Source of the DNA: Lytechinus pictus
Taxonomy: Eukaryota
Assembly: GCF_037042905.1 (NCBI RefSeq)
Contig: NC_087251.1
Coordinates: 3,102,001 to 3,166,000 of the forward strand
DNA length: 64,000 bases
Direction of reading: 5' to 3'
In this document: in pieces, positions 1 to 31,216 of the stretch
Layout: every line of letters begins with the position of its first letter
How positions within the stretch are numbered: the stretch's first letter is position 1
Notes under the pieces: generated by a model
What the model was told of the DNA's origin: nothing
What the model saw: only the letters and a program-made list of their open reading frames with translations
Database searches by the model: none
Made by a program: the position numbers and the translations under genes

Positions 1-1539
1 TTTGAGCCCTTTTTAAATCAAATAATGTGTGGTCACTAGACATTATTGAGGAAAAGTGATCAAAATGACCACAAGGTCCAATAGTTCGGCCAATAACACT
101 GGTTTATATGGAATCATTGCATTGATTTTCACCCAAAAACTTTCAAACTTTTCCCATTTAACAATAATTGATGTTAATATTAACACAATCCTGAATTGTC
201 TCCTCACCATGTTCGCTATAGGCTGATTTAGTATACACATGGGGCAGGGGACAATGTGGCCAAAATGACCAAGGTGGTCAAAATATTTTGGGACACTCAA
301 TTTAAATGATTAATACACCAGTGTTAGGTGTCACAGCACACCCTTGTAACGATTATAGTAACATTCAAAGTATTTTTGGATAAATTGAAGTATTGAACAG
401 ATGGTATTGGTCATTTGGGGGGGGGGGCAAAAAGTGGCCAAAATGACCACAATCTGTTAAATGGGGTCATTAAGACTTGACATATTGGGAATCAGCATGA
501 AATTCTACACAAGAACGACCTATGCATCATTCCCATTTTATAAAGGAAGAAGATAAAGCACACGGAAGACCTCAAATTCCTGCCGATTTGCAGTTATTGT
601 GCAAAATTGCACGAATGGTCAGTTACCCAAAATGACCCTCATAGGTCAAAAGTCAAAACTAATGATATAAATTACATGAGGTCAAAATACTTTTGAAATG
701 TTCATTTTAAAGGATTAATACACCAATGTTAGATGTCACAGCACACCCTTGTAACGATTCTGGTAACATTGAAGTATTTTTGGATTATTGAACTGATGTT
801 ATTGGTCATTTTTAAGGCCATAAGTGGCCAAAATGACCATAAGGTGTTCAATAGGGTCATTAAGACTGGTATATCTAGAATCAGCATAATATTCTATACA
901 AGATGGACCTTTAAATGCATTCCCTTTTTATAAGGGAAGAAGATAAAACACGCTGAAGATCTCAATTTCCTCAGTGCCTATGTGCAGTTTATTATGCAAA
1001 ACTGCGCGAATGGTCAGTTATGTCTAAAGTACCCCAAATGGTCGACCCTCATACGTCAAAACTGACGGAATAGATTACATGAGGTTGATGGTTATGATCC
1101 AGCGCATATTTTGAAAATAAATGTGGATTTCTAAAGACATCCAATCGTAGCTCTGATCAACTTTTGTAACACATTTCGGACAAAAAAAAATATCATGAAA
1201 ATTGTCATTTTTTGCCAAATCATGGCCAAAATGACCACTGCTGTTGTGATTTGGCAAATGAAACCACTTTGTCTGGAATCTGGATCCATTTTTACTTAAG
1301 ATAGACCCTTTTAATTGCATGTGGCTACAAAAGCAGTCTGTTAAAGGGACCATGCATTTTCCAAAGAGTGGTCAAATTGGTCATTTTTGGTCAAAAATTT
1401 GCCAAAATTGCAAAAATGGCGTGAGTACGGTCAATAAGACATTTTTTTAATCAGCGCACAATTTTACCCTGGATAAGCTTGTCAAACCTTCCCCACCAAA
1501 AATTCTGAATGAAGCCCCCTGGCCCTATCTCCTAGACTA
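1..1539. mobile_element. Terminal part of a non-autonomous DNA transposon (Academ-like) with internal ~400-bp tandem duplication
   Basis: Ends ...CCTAGACTA (TAG...CTA-type terminus); 301-700 and 706-1060 are diverged direct copies; recurrent CAAAATGACC motifs; other end not in window. Confidence 0.5.
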
Positions 1540-1550
1540 ATAAATTTGCC

Positions 1551-1742
1551 CCAATAAACCCGGAAGTAATTTTGTTGTAAGATTTTGTATTTACTGATCC
1601 GATACGCTATACGGCTGTCATTGGACATTGTCATTGAGCTTAAATCCGTCTCGTTATACTGACTACTGTATTACTGGTACAGATATTGACATTTAGTGGA
1701 ATTCGGAAAGAGAAGAAATGCAAGTTTGTTTATAAGGTAAGT
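1551..1742 (+). promoter_or_regulatory. Candidate distal presenilin promoter and non-coding first exon
   Basis: CCAAT at 1551, ETS site CCGGAAGT 1560-1567, locally CpG-richer, consensus donor AG|GTAAGT at 1736/1737; coding exon 1a has an acceptor, so an upstream UTR exon is expected. Confidence 0.45.
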
Positions 1743-2149
1743 TTAATTAAAGAGGCCGATCTATAGATCAATTCAGTGATTAATAATGAGGATATTCATG
1801 ATAATGGAATGATTTTTTGGTCTGCATCCGTGTCCAGGCCGGTGCAGCATGAGAGGACTCCCAGGCCACTTACATTACCAGCGCATGCGATTCTTTTGCA
1901 CACGTATCTTGAGGGGTTATCATAGTTCTGTGACGCAGCTATTTGAATTACACAGGAGCTAAATCGCCAGGTATACATTTAACATAGAAACATGGCAGCA
2001 CACAGTACTTAGTCCACAGTTCGACTATCGACGTCTGGGAGGAAGGGTTAAGTTTCATTTTTTCTTTAATATTAATGCAGTCAATATCAGTGAACATGGA
2101 CAAACATGACAAAGTCAAACTCAAAGGAGAAACGGCATGCCGGAGAAAC

Positions 2150-3006
2150 TAGCCTTGACTTGAGGACTCCATGACCATGTCATGATGATGTTTTTTTTAA
2201 TAATAATATTTTGACATAGGCCTATATTCTTAAATTAATCATGACTAGGCCTACACTCTTCCCATAAGGCCATAGACGCAGAAGCGAGACCTAGACACCC
2301 GAATGGATTTCCCTAGGAAATCCATAGTGAGCAGTTGATAGAGGGTGAAATCGGTTTGTACGGGTGAATTTTATTGATATTTGAAGAACCTTCAAACGCC
2401 TTAATGCGTATGAAGGTTCCAAAAATTGGTTAATGAAATTTAAAAAAAGAGAAAATTTTAAGGTTTCTTACCAGACCGATCTCGTGTAGATCCCTCGATC
2501 CGTTTGTCAACAAAGCAAATACAATACTGTACATGATTATAAATAATTATTTTTAATCATGTAGGCCTATTATTAAATTTTAGTATTTGTTAAATAATAA
2601 TTTGTATCTATAAATTGTTCTTCAAAACGGCATTTTGTAACAACTAACATCGCTAATCGAATGTACGTCATAACAAAGCAGTTCAAGGGTCAGACCTATT
2701 GTATTTGCTTTGTTGACAAACGGATCGAGGGATCTACACAAGATCGGTCTGGTAAGAAACCTTCAAATTTTCACTTTTTTATTATCCAATTTTTGGAACC
2801 TACATACGAATTGGGCGTTTGAAGGTTCAAATATCAATAAAATTCAGCCGTACAAACCGATTTCACCCTCTTACTATGGTCTTAGGGAAATCCATCCGGG
2901 TGTCTATGTCTCGCTTCTGCGTCTATGGGAAGAGTGTCCAGGCTCCATGATGAAGAAGTATATGTCAAAATATTTTAAAAACATCATCATGGAGTCCTCA
3001 AGGCTA
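2150..3006. mobile_element. Foldback-type non-autonomous element (hAT-like), ~370-bp imperfect inverted arms
   Basis: Termini TAGCCTTG...CAAGGCTA; 8-bp TSD GGAGAAAC at 2142-2149 and 3007-3014; arms ~2150-2525 and ~2697-3006. Confidence 0.8.
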
Positions 3007-3358
3007 GGAGAAACAGTGATCATAAGCTCTCTGTAACAGTGGTATTTATTTAACTGATGATTAAATTTTAAATTGCCAAAACAAAAGTGGTTTTATCCCC
3101 AGCCATGGCCCATGGCATGCAACCAGGCATTTCTGGACCATATTGAAAGAAAGCACAAGCAGCGTCTCGATTCATGAATATAGAAATGAGAAAGTGCATA
3201 TCTACCAATTGTATGTTGAGAAAACAGAGTCTTAAAAGATGATTCGTTAATAATCTGCTCATGTGTCAGAACCCCAATCCTTGTCTTTTTTATTTTGCTG
3301 GCAAAAAGAAGCTGCTGAAAACTGCTTATCTAATAAAAGAGAGCCAATGGAGTAAATT

Positions 3359-3476
3359 AGAAAGTCAAAAAGGGGCCTAAGCTTTCGATCCTAGCAGAAT
3401 CTTCGTCGGAGGCAAAATTTTGCCTCCGACGAAGATTCTGCTAGGATCGAAAGCTTAGGCCCCTTTTTGACTTTCT
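3359..3476. repeat. Perfect 118-bp spacerless palindrome; probable inverted Penelope-like pLTR fragment
   Basis: Exact inverted repeat centred at 3417/3418; each arm contains a hammerhead-like fold. Confidence 0.85.
3422..3460 (+). ncRNA. Minimal type I hammerhead ribozyme-like motif (mirror copy on - strand, 3375-3413)
   Basis: Stem I GCCT/AGGC; core CCGACGA (CUGANGA with U4C); stem II GATTCT/AGGATC; GAAA; palindromic stem III AGCT; NUH = CUU. Confidence 0.6.
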
Positions 3477-3904
3477 TTTTTATTTTGTTAATTAGTTCTA
3501 ACTATTGCTATTTATTAGGTCCATTTTTCCCCAATGAGTTGGGACCAAATATTTTTTTAATCAAATGACGTTAGTGAACATACAATGTAGATCTACCGTT
3601 ACACGAAATAAAGCTCTGCAATTTTAACATCAATGTGTTCTGACAACATACTGAACAGTGAAAGTGTACATGCACATTTTAACTTCATGTCCATGGAGAT
3701 CTCTAATATCACATTAATTACCAAGATCATGACATGTACATACACGTATCAATTGGTTTGTATGATATTGAAATGTATTTGAAATGTATATTAATCAAAC
3801 ATTTTAAGAATGAATTGCAGAGAGTTATTAAAACACACTATGGTTTACTATCATTCACTTGTGAGAAAAGCAATCTTTATTCCACAGTCACAAAAATGTT
3901 CCTG

Positions 3905-6106
3905 TTTTTGTCTCGCCTGCATAGCAGAGCGAGACTATAGGCGCCGCTTTTCCGATGGCGGCGTCAACATCAAATCTTAACCTAAGGTTAAGTTTTTGAA
4001 ATAACATAACTTAGAAAGTATATGGACCTAGTTCATGAAACTTAAGGTTTATAAAGTATTACTGAACATCCTGCCTGAGTTTCAGATCACATGACCAAGG
4101 TCAAAGGTCATTTAGGGTCAATGAACTTAGACCATGTTGGGAAAATTATTTTCAAAATCTTAACCAAAGGTTAAGTTTTTGAAATGACATCATAACTTAG
4201 AAAGTATATGGACCTAGTTCATGAAACTTGGGCATAAGGTTAATCAAGTATTAGTGAACATCCTGCTCGAGTTTCAGGTCACGTGACCAAGGTCAAAGGT
4301 CATTTAGGGTCAATGAACTTTGGTCAAGTTGGGGGTATTTGTTGAATTACTATCATAACTTTGAAAATTTATGGATCTAGTCCATGAAACTTGGACATAA
4401 GGTTAATCAAGTATTAGTGAACATCCTGCCTGAGTTTCAGGTCACATGACCAAGGTCAAAGGTCATTTAGGGTCAGTGAACTTTGGCCAAGTTGGGGTAT
4501 TTGTTAAATTACCATCCTAACTCTGAAAGTTTCAGGGATGCCAGAGTTCCGGCTATAGCCGAAATTCCGGCTTTTTCATTTTTCCGACGTTAAGTTCCTG
4601 CTGGTCGAGTTTTCTCAGGCCGGACAGAACTGTCTACGGCCAGATCCGGCCGTTCAATGAGAAGTCTATGCTCCGTACGGCCGTTATGATCATGTACCTA
4701 AGCTATTGTGCAAGAAAAAATCCTGTGATATAATGGAATTAGACTCGTACGAGCCGGTCAGTTAAACGCTAGTTTTAATCAAGTTTTTTGTGTGCGTGTG
4801 TGTGTATATGGTCGCATTACGCTAGACTGCACTGTATGTATGTGATTGGTGTTGACTGATCGCCGTACATTATAATGTGTATGGATTGTGAACGTAACTT
4901 TGATTTTTGAGAAAACGACTGTATTTGAGTCTAGTGTAATACCAATTGATGCGATAAGTGGCATGGGCTGCATGGCTATGCGTTCGCTGCGCGATGAGTA
5001 TGCCTACACCGGCTGTACACGGTGTTTTCGCGCTCCCGTTCAATTCACGTTGTTATTCTGAGCTGATTCTCCAGTTGGATTGTGGATTTAATCACAATTT
5101 TTCAACAAGTATGGATGTTGAAAGAGGAACCAACATTAAGCAAATAGACAGTGGAATCAAGAACAAATTCCAGTGGAAGTGGTTGGAGAACAAAGACAAT
5201 AGTGGAACATTTCTCTCGGATTATTTTCGCAAAATCGATGTCGCTGGTAGTGGTAAAGCACGATGTATTGTTTAATTATGTTCTTGTAGACTTCATCAAG
5301 ACATAAATATTTTTCATGAATTAATTGTAAGTTGAGGCTCTGCAACATAAAAAAATGCCCAAAACTTGAGCTAAATTTTTGGGAAAATGATCCCTAAAAT
5401 AGGCTCAGATTGCATCAGAGACTATTTAGAACCCTAGAGCTTCCCTGGACCCCGGCCGAATGGGACTTCGCGCTTCGCGCTCGTCATGTACGCTTCGCGC
5501 ACATAATTTACCTTCCAAAAAAGTTCAGGCCCTGGGACCATTTGCCACTGGCATCCCTGAAGTTTATGGATCTAGTTCATAAAACTTGGACATACATGTA
5601 AGAGTAATCAAGTATCACTGAACATCCTGTACGAGTTTCAGGTCACATGACCATGGTCAAAGGTCATTAAAGGTCAATTAACTTTGGCTGTGTTGGGGTA
5701 TTTGTTGAATTACCATCCTAACTCTGAAAGTTTATGGATCTAGTTCATAAAACTTGGGATATAAGAGTAATCAAGCATCACTGAACATCCCCTGTGAGTT
5801 TCAGGTCACAAAACCAAGTCAAAGGTCAGTTAAGGTCAATAAACCTAGGCCATGTTGGGGTAATTGTTGAATTGCCATCATAACTTTGAAAGTTTTTGGA
5901 TAGAGTGAATGAAATGTGGACATGGGTGTAGTTGACAGTCTTAAGTCTCCGTTCAAATGTCATTTATGGTCAATGAACGTGGTATTATGTCATTATATGA
6001 ATGGTGTTTTTGTGAATGATTATTTTATAGTAGTTTTCAAAGTTAGCACTGCTGCTATATTAAATTGTGTAATGCAGGTGAGACTGCCAGAGGCGTTCCA
6101 CTTGTT
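3905..6106 (+). mobile_element. Helentron-associated non-autonomous element (HINE/DINE-1-like) family A, interrupted by a hAT-like insertion
   Basis: T-run flanks with no TSD; 5' hairpin GTCTCGC..GCGAGAC; subterminal inverted repeat GTCTCGCCTGCAT/ATGCAGGTGAGAC; internal ~160-190 bp tandem units; 3' end CCACTTGTT. Confidence 0.75.
4533..5559 (+). mobile_element. hAT-like deletion derivative with a transposase N-terminal remnant
   Basis: 12-bp TIR CAGGGATGCCAG; AAGTTT duplicated relative to uninterrupted host units; remnant KNKFQWKWLE...ARCIV* (5111-5275) resembles a zinc-finger start. Confidence 0.7.
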
Positions 6107-6301
6107 TGGTACGCTTTCGCTTGCTAGTCTGCAAGCTTCATCAGACCGTCGTAGTAGGCAAGCGCAGTTGCTGATTCATGATAGTGGAATTAAGAATGTT
6201 TCTTTCTACACACCAATCAGATCAACCTTTTCAGTGATATTTACTCTTTGTGCAGTTTGTCCTTATTTAGAAAACAAAAATTTTGTTTTTTTTTGTTTCA
6301 G

Positions 6302-6364
6302 AGGCTTCCTGACTCAATAAGTATTTGGACATTTGATTTCTATTAATACTGTAATATATACAAG
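6302..6364 (+). other. Candidate non-coding 5'UTR exon of presenilin
   Basis: Long T-tract plus tttcag acceptor and AAG|gtaatg donor. Confidence 0.35.
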
Positions 6365-8679
6365 GTAATGAAACTACATACAGTGTAAATCTTCACCTAT
6401 TATAACCAATTCATGTGCTTTCATTATAACCATTTTATAGATTGCAGTATTTCTGCTCTTCCACTAAATTAATTCACTTATATATTTTTGTGGGGCAAAA
6501 TCCACCCTAAGTGACCCCAACACCAAGTTGATTTAATCCATGTTAATCTAACAAGCTGAGCTCTGAAAAGTATAAAAAGTCCTGAGTAATTTTTCATTTT
6601 TTAAATTCTATCTTTATTCTCCATCTTTTTTTATTTACTCTCAGATATTGAAATAATTCAAATTCACATAATAAACAAGCCAAATATAATTATAAAAGGA
6701 ATTTGGTGTTTGACATCAATAAGCAGCTCTTTTGTACTTATCAATGTTATAATCTTGGAAAAGTTTTTAAACATCACTTTCTACAAGTATGTTTTATACA
6801 TGTATTTGATTTATGAACTTTTTAAGTTACTGCTTGTTTGAATACATGTAGCCTCTAAAATCAACTTGATGGTTTTTTTTTTACTTCATTTTATATATCT
6901 TATAAAACAAGTTGAGGTTTATTGTTTAAATTCAATCATTACTTCTACTTAAGAAAGTTTTATTTCATCATTTCCATCCCATATTAAGTTATTAACACAT
7001 TTGCATGATGCTGTCCAGAACAAAATTAACAACATACATGTAGTCGGATCAGGGAAGTCTAACTCCCACTTTCTTAGTGGGATCATCATCATCATCAATG
7101 TCACAATGAAAAGTTTGTATTGTGTATAATTTTTCAGAAAGTGAAAATTAATTTCCCCTTTTGATATTAAAATAAGAACCAAAGTATTTGTATCAGACTT
7201 GAACTTAAATTTGATGCACTTGCCATACAGTATAGCAATGACAGTATCAAAATAAAATATATGTGACCTGATTTTGGAATAAAAAGTGTAGAATTTGATG
7301 CTCATATTGTGACATGGAATATCTTACTGTGTAATGTTCTAAGCCATCGTAAAAATACAGGTTCAAATCTGTCACTATGCTATCATCCTTATTACAATAA
7401 AAGCGAATTTAATATCTAATCGTAATAACGTCATAGCAATTGTATGATTCACTACAATTTATTTGACCTTTACGCCAAAGTAAAGCTTGCAGTCATTCAT
7501 AATTGTTATTAGTATTCTTTCAGTTAATTTGAACCACAAATAAAAAAATACTTATAATTCACATTTTCAGAAAATGAGCAAAATTTGATGTTCTCCAAAA
7601 TTGGATTGTGGACCAGTTGTAAGGTGTTTCTTCACATGTGCTTGATACATTTTGTCATTGTTACACTTCGTACCTTACCGTTATATTATTTTCTAATTTC
7701 ATCAATTTTTTCTACATTTTAGTTTTAGCTTGAGAAAAGCTTATTTATGATGAAGTCCATGTATTTCTGGGCAAATAAGAAGACATGCTAAGAGGTACAT
7801 GTACATGTACACTATGAATATGAAATGCAGGTTGCAATGGGTATTTACATGTAGAATGTTATTTAAACAAGAAAATATAAAAATTCTTCACGATTCTTCC
7901 TTGTCCATCCATAGATACAATTTTTTTTTTTTGGGGGGGAGGGGGGGTTATTCAGAATAATTCTATGACAAAACTTGAGTAGCTGTAGCTCCAGGGAATC
8001 ATTTTCTAAGTTCATACAGTAGGCATGCATGTAACTTACTTTGGTCAAGTTTTGTTGATGTGCTTTTTGCCATTAATACAAGGATAATGATAATCATTTT
8101 AAGCATGTGAATTTTGTAATTGTTCGATTTTTTCAAAGTATTATTTTTCATTAACGGTACTTGTTTTTTCTAATTTTTAGTTGTACTGAAATAATTGCCA
8201 TAATTGGTTCAGTTTTTATTTTATTTCAATGACGTCAAATATCTTTGCATTTGACTTACTAAATTTCACATACATGTTCGAAATAAAATCATGAATAACA
8301 TTTCTTTTCATTTGTTTCAAATTGTCACTAAGCACTCTAGTGATAGGGTCTAGTACAGTGCATCTCACATAGTATGTGCTATGAATTTTGACTTATTAAT
8401 ATTAGTAGTAGTATTCTGTCAAATGAAGCCACCACAGATGGAAATACTACTCTAGTCAACACATAACTTTATCTAACATTCACTATATTAGAGTTTGTCA
8501 CACCACATGAAATGTCTGATTCTAAATACATCTCATTCTTTAAATATTTACACTTAATTTTGATAATGGTGTCCATATCAAATATTGTATTATTTTCAAA
8601 CCCATTTGATTTCATACACATGTATTGTACATGTAGATCATGCTTTATATCCTTGGGCAAGGTATTTTATTCCAATTGT

Positions 8680-8795
8680 CTAGTCTTTCGGAGGAGACTC
8701 TAAGCCGTCGGTCCTGGGTAAAGGAGAGTCACACCATTTGCACGTTAAAAAACCTACTCCTCTTTTCGTAAAGAGTAGGGAAGTTATCCCGGGGA
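8680..8795 (+). mobile_element. SINE remnant with Deu/Nin-domain-like core
   Basis: CTTTCGGAGGAGACTCTAAGCCGTCGGTCC...CACGTTAAAAAACC...TCGTAAAGAGTAGGG...CCCGG matches the Deu/Nin core as recalled. Confidence 0.55.
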
Positions 8796-9544
8796 AGTAG
8801 TTAACGTATTAATTTATTACTGATAATTACTAATTTATAATCCTGTTCCTTTGTAAAGTTGCATTAGGGTAATTTGTACTGTATTATAGTAACCTTTCCA
8901 GATTAACTGTCCGACACTTATATGACACGCATGTGTTGATAGTGTCGTTAATTTTTTATCAATCAATCTATATGATTCACAATACCTAACTATGATTTGA
9001 GAATGCATTATGTTATAGGTCTGCATTCTCTTCCAACTCTCAGTTTCACTGATAATTCCAGAGATATTACTTTAATTTAAGCATACACATATGTGTACAT
9101 ATGGTCATGTACATACATGTATCATGATCTTGTCACCTGAAATGGCAGCAATGTTACCATTCAAAAAAAGTCTTTGCTTACATTTTGTTTGAAAAATAAT
9201 GTATTACAAATTTTGTATCCGCATAAAAAAAATGTATAATAATATTTCATAAAGCTATTTCTTTGGATAACACTGAAAGCAGAGTTATTTGTGAGTATGC
9301 CTAAGTTTTAATAAAATTTGGCAGTCCACCAGTGCCTGCTCGATGATGGTGGTCCCCGGTGCAATTTTGTCCAGACTGGAGCGGAGCTTATACATAAGAA
9401 ATCCAGTTTTGTTAAAGATTTTAAATTAAGTTTAGGCCTATGTTTCCTTTTAGATCTCTATAATTTTTTGCATATTTCCAAACGTTGGTCAACCAGTTAT
9501 AGTTATGAAAATAATAGTACCAGGCAGGATTTCTCAATTTTCTT

Positions 9545-9735
9545 TCTTGAATTTATTGGCCCGAAACATTGCATTCCCGTTGCATGCGTGCAGCCATATT
9601 GTTTTGTGTGTGACTAATAGACATAGAGGGCATCAACATTTTGCAGCGTAAATACGATCAAACAAACAGAACAAAATGGTGGTGCACATGCTTCAGGAAT
9701 GCATTGTTTCGCGCTGATTAATTCAAGCAAGAAGT
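9545..9735. repeat. Decayed inverted-repeat (MITE-like) remnant
   Basis: TTGAATTTATTGGCCCGAAACATTGCATTCC vs GGAATGCATTGTTTCGCGCTGATTAATTCAA. Confidence 0.5.
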
Positions 9736-10165
9736 TGAAGCCTGAAGGAATTTTCATGGTCAAGTCCACCCCAGAAATATGTTAATTTGAATCGATGAAG
9801 AAAAATCAAACAAGAATAACAATTAAAATTTCATTAAAATTGGGTGTAAAATAAGAAAGTTAAGGCATTTAAAGTTTCACTTATTGTTACAAAATACGCA
9901 CATATCATTGACATGCAAATGAGAGTCACTGATGTCCCTGACATAAAAAAAATTGTTTGAATTACTCAATATTTCAATTTTTTACAGATTTGACAATAAG
10001 GTCAGACTTGACTGAACCATGGTAATTCCACTTGTTGAGGGAGGTAGAAAATTTTGTTTCACATGAGAATGAAGAGAAAGTTAGAATATTTCCTATAAAA
10101 ATTAAAATATAAAAGAAATAGTGAATGAGTGACGTCATCAATCCCCTAATTTGCATACCAACCAG

Positions 10166-10346
10166 GTGGGTGTTTCATAAAGCTGTTCGTAAGTTAAGAG
10201 TGACTTTAAGAACGACTGGTGATCCTTTCTTACGCGCAAAACCCTCGCCAATGAAGGTTTTTGTGTATATTATTTACCCCAAGAAAGGATCACCAGTCGT
10301 TCTTAAAGTCGCTCTTAACGTACGAACAGCTTTATGAAACGGCCCC
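10166..10346. mobile_element. Short palindromic MITE (Harbinger-like)
   Basis: ~65-bp inverted arms TTTCATAAAGCTGTTCGTA...; CAG on both flanks; second copy ~25835-25998. Confidence 0.7.
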
Positions 10347-10492
10347 CAGGTCGTGCATTATTTTGCACTGTATTTTTAAAATTATTAGGTGAAACTTTAA
10401 AATGTCATAACAATATTTTAGATAAAATTTCGATAATAGATGTATTTTCAGTGTTATGCTCGAAAGATTTTTCTCTTTTTATTCAAATCAAT

Positions 10493-11122
10493 TTTTGTCT
10501 TGCCCACCAGAGGTGAAGGCGAGACTAAGGGATCCAAATGTCGTCCGTCACAAACATTATGACACAACCGTAAGTCACTTTTCAACCAAACTTGGATGGT
10601 AGATGGTACTTAGGAGACCTGCATGTTATGCTGCAGTCAGAGGTCACATGGTAAGGTCAAAGGTCATTTTCAGGTCAACTTTAAAGTCTATGCGCAAGAC
10701 TCTCTTATGACACATAACTCCGCAACGGTATGTCACTTTTCAACCAAACTTGGGTTGTAGATGTACTTTATAGGAGACCTGCATATCATGGCGCAGTCAG
10801 AGGTCACATGGTAAGGTCAAAGATCATTTTAAGGTCATCGTTATGACATAACTCCGCAACCGTAAGTCACTTTTGAACCAAACTTGGGTGTAGCTGTACT
10901 AGGAGACCTGCATGTTATTTCGTTCAGAGGTCACATGTTAAGGTCAAAATTCATTTCGAGGTCAACATTAAAGTTTACGTGCAAGATTCCTATGACAAAT
11001 GTTATTCCATCCCAGTTATTTTACAATGAACTTTTGATACAATTCTGTTGCGTGCCCTCGCAAATCATGTTATTTCTGGTTACTTTCACAAGTGAGCAAG
11101 ATACAACATTGCTTGCCTTGTT
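10493..11122 (+). mobile_element. HINE/DINE-1-like family B copy
   Basis: 5' hairpin, GTCC microsatellite, ~157-bp tandem units, 3' GCCTTGTT, inserted in a T-run of the host MITE. Confidence 0.7.
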
Positions 11123-11951
11123 TATTAGGGTGGACTTGTCCTCTATAAAGTAAATGAAGCACCATGTGTATGTCCATGTAGAAAAATCAGTGCGTAAATT
11201 CACTAGGCTGCAACCTCCATTTATTAATGTCCATGTACTATCCCATTTGTGCTCAATTCGGTTGACTTTTCAGTTCAGTTGTAAACATTGTTAATTAATC
11301 ATTTGAATTCAAGAATAAGTGCAATTTCTGAATAGAATGATATCTTCCAGCTGTGTGTTTTTACTTTGCTTAGCTGTAAAGTGTAAAGTGAGGGTAACAT
11401 GGGTTTATGTTTTTAATGGCTAATTCAGAAAAGACTTCTGAAAATAAATTTCTTAATATTATAAAGTAACTGAGTACTTAAAGAGACTATTAAACTGTTT
11501 CTTTAATTACATGGTCCATGGTAAAATGTAAAAAAAATTTCTGAAAGTTATAGACAATAATTTATTTATGGAATTTGTACTTATTTAGTGCAGTTGCAAT
11601 GTACACCAAAGATATTTCATATCAGAAAATATACAAATCATACAGAACTTTTGTTTGTCAATATTCCTTATTGAAGCCATGAATTTAATATTTATTTCTA
11701 GATTTTTTTCATGATTCTTTTTCATAAGTGTAGATGTGCACAAATACATAATGGACTTGACTTGGGAAAGACTACAATCAACATAAAGTAGTAGCTAGAC
11801 GTATACATTTCATTCAATTACTCAGCAGGCGGAAGTCACTCATTTTGTGACGTCTAATCACACAAGCACATACATCCTCCTCCTAGCTTCCCTGTACAGC
11901 GTATTTCTCTCACATGACGTAGCCCTTTGCTTTTATATTTCCAGCTCCCAT

Positions 11952-31216
<19,265 letters not shown>

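Larger units (their letters stand above)
9759..11141 (+). mobile_element. TTAA-type (Kolobok-like) MITE copy hosting two younger insertions
   Basis: GGTCAAGTCCACCCC left end; right end GGGTGGACTTGTCCT resumes at ~11123 after the HINE. Confidence 0.7.

Noticed and set aside
1992..2012. ATGGCAGCA... as presenilin start codon
   Set aside because: Stops after 6 codons; at most a uORF or YY1-like motif
5916..6320. 134-aa ORF, with a similar one at 44660-44863
   Set aside because: Translation of the HINE-A 3' end; no protein features
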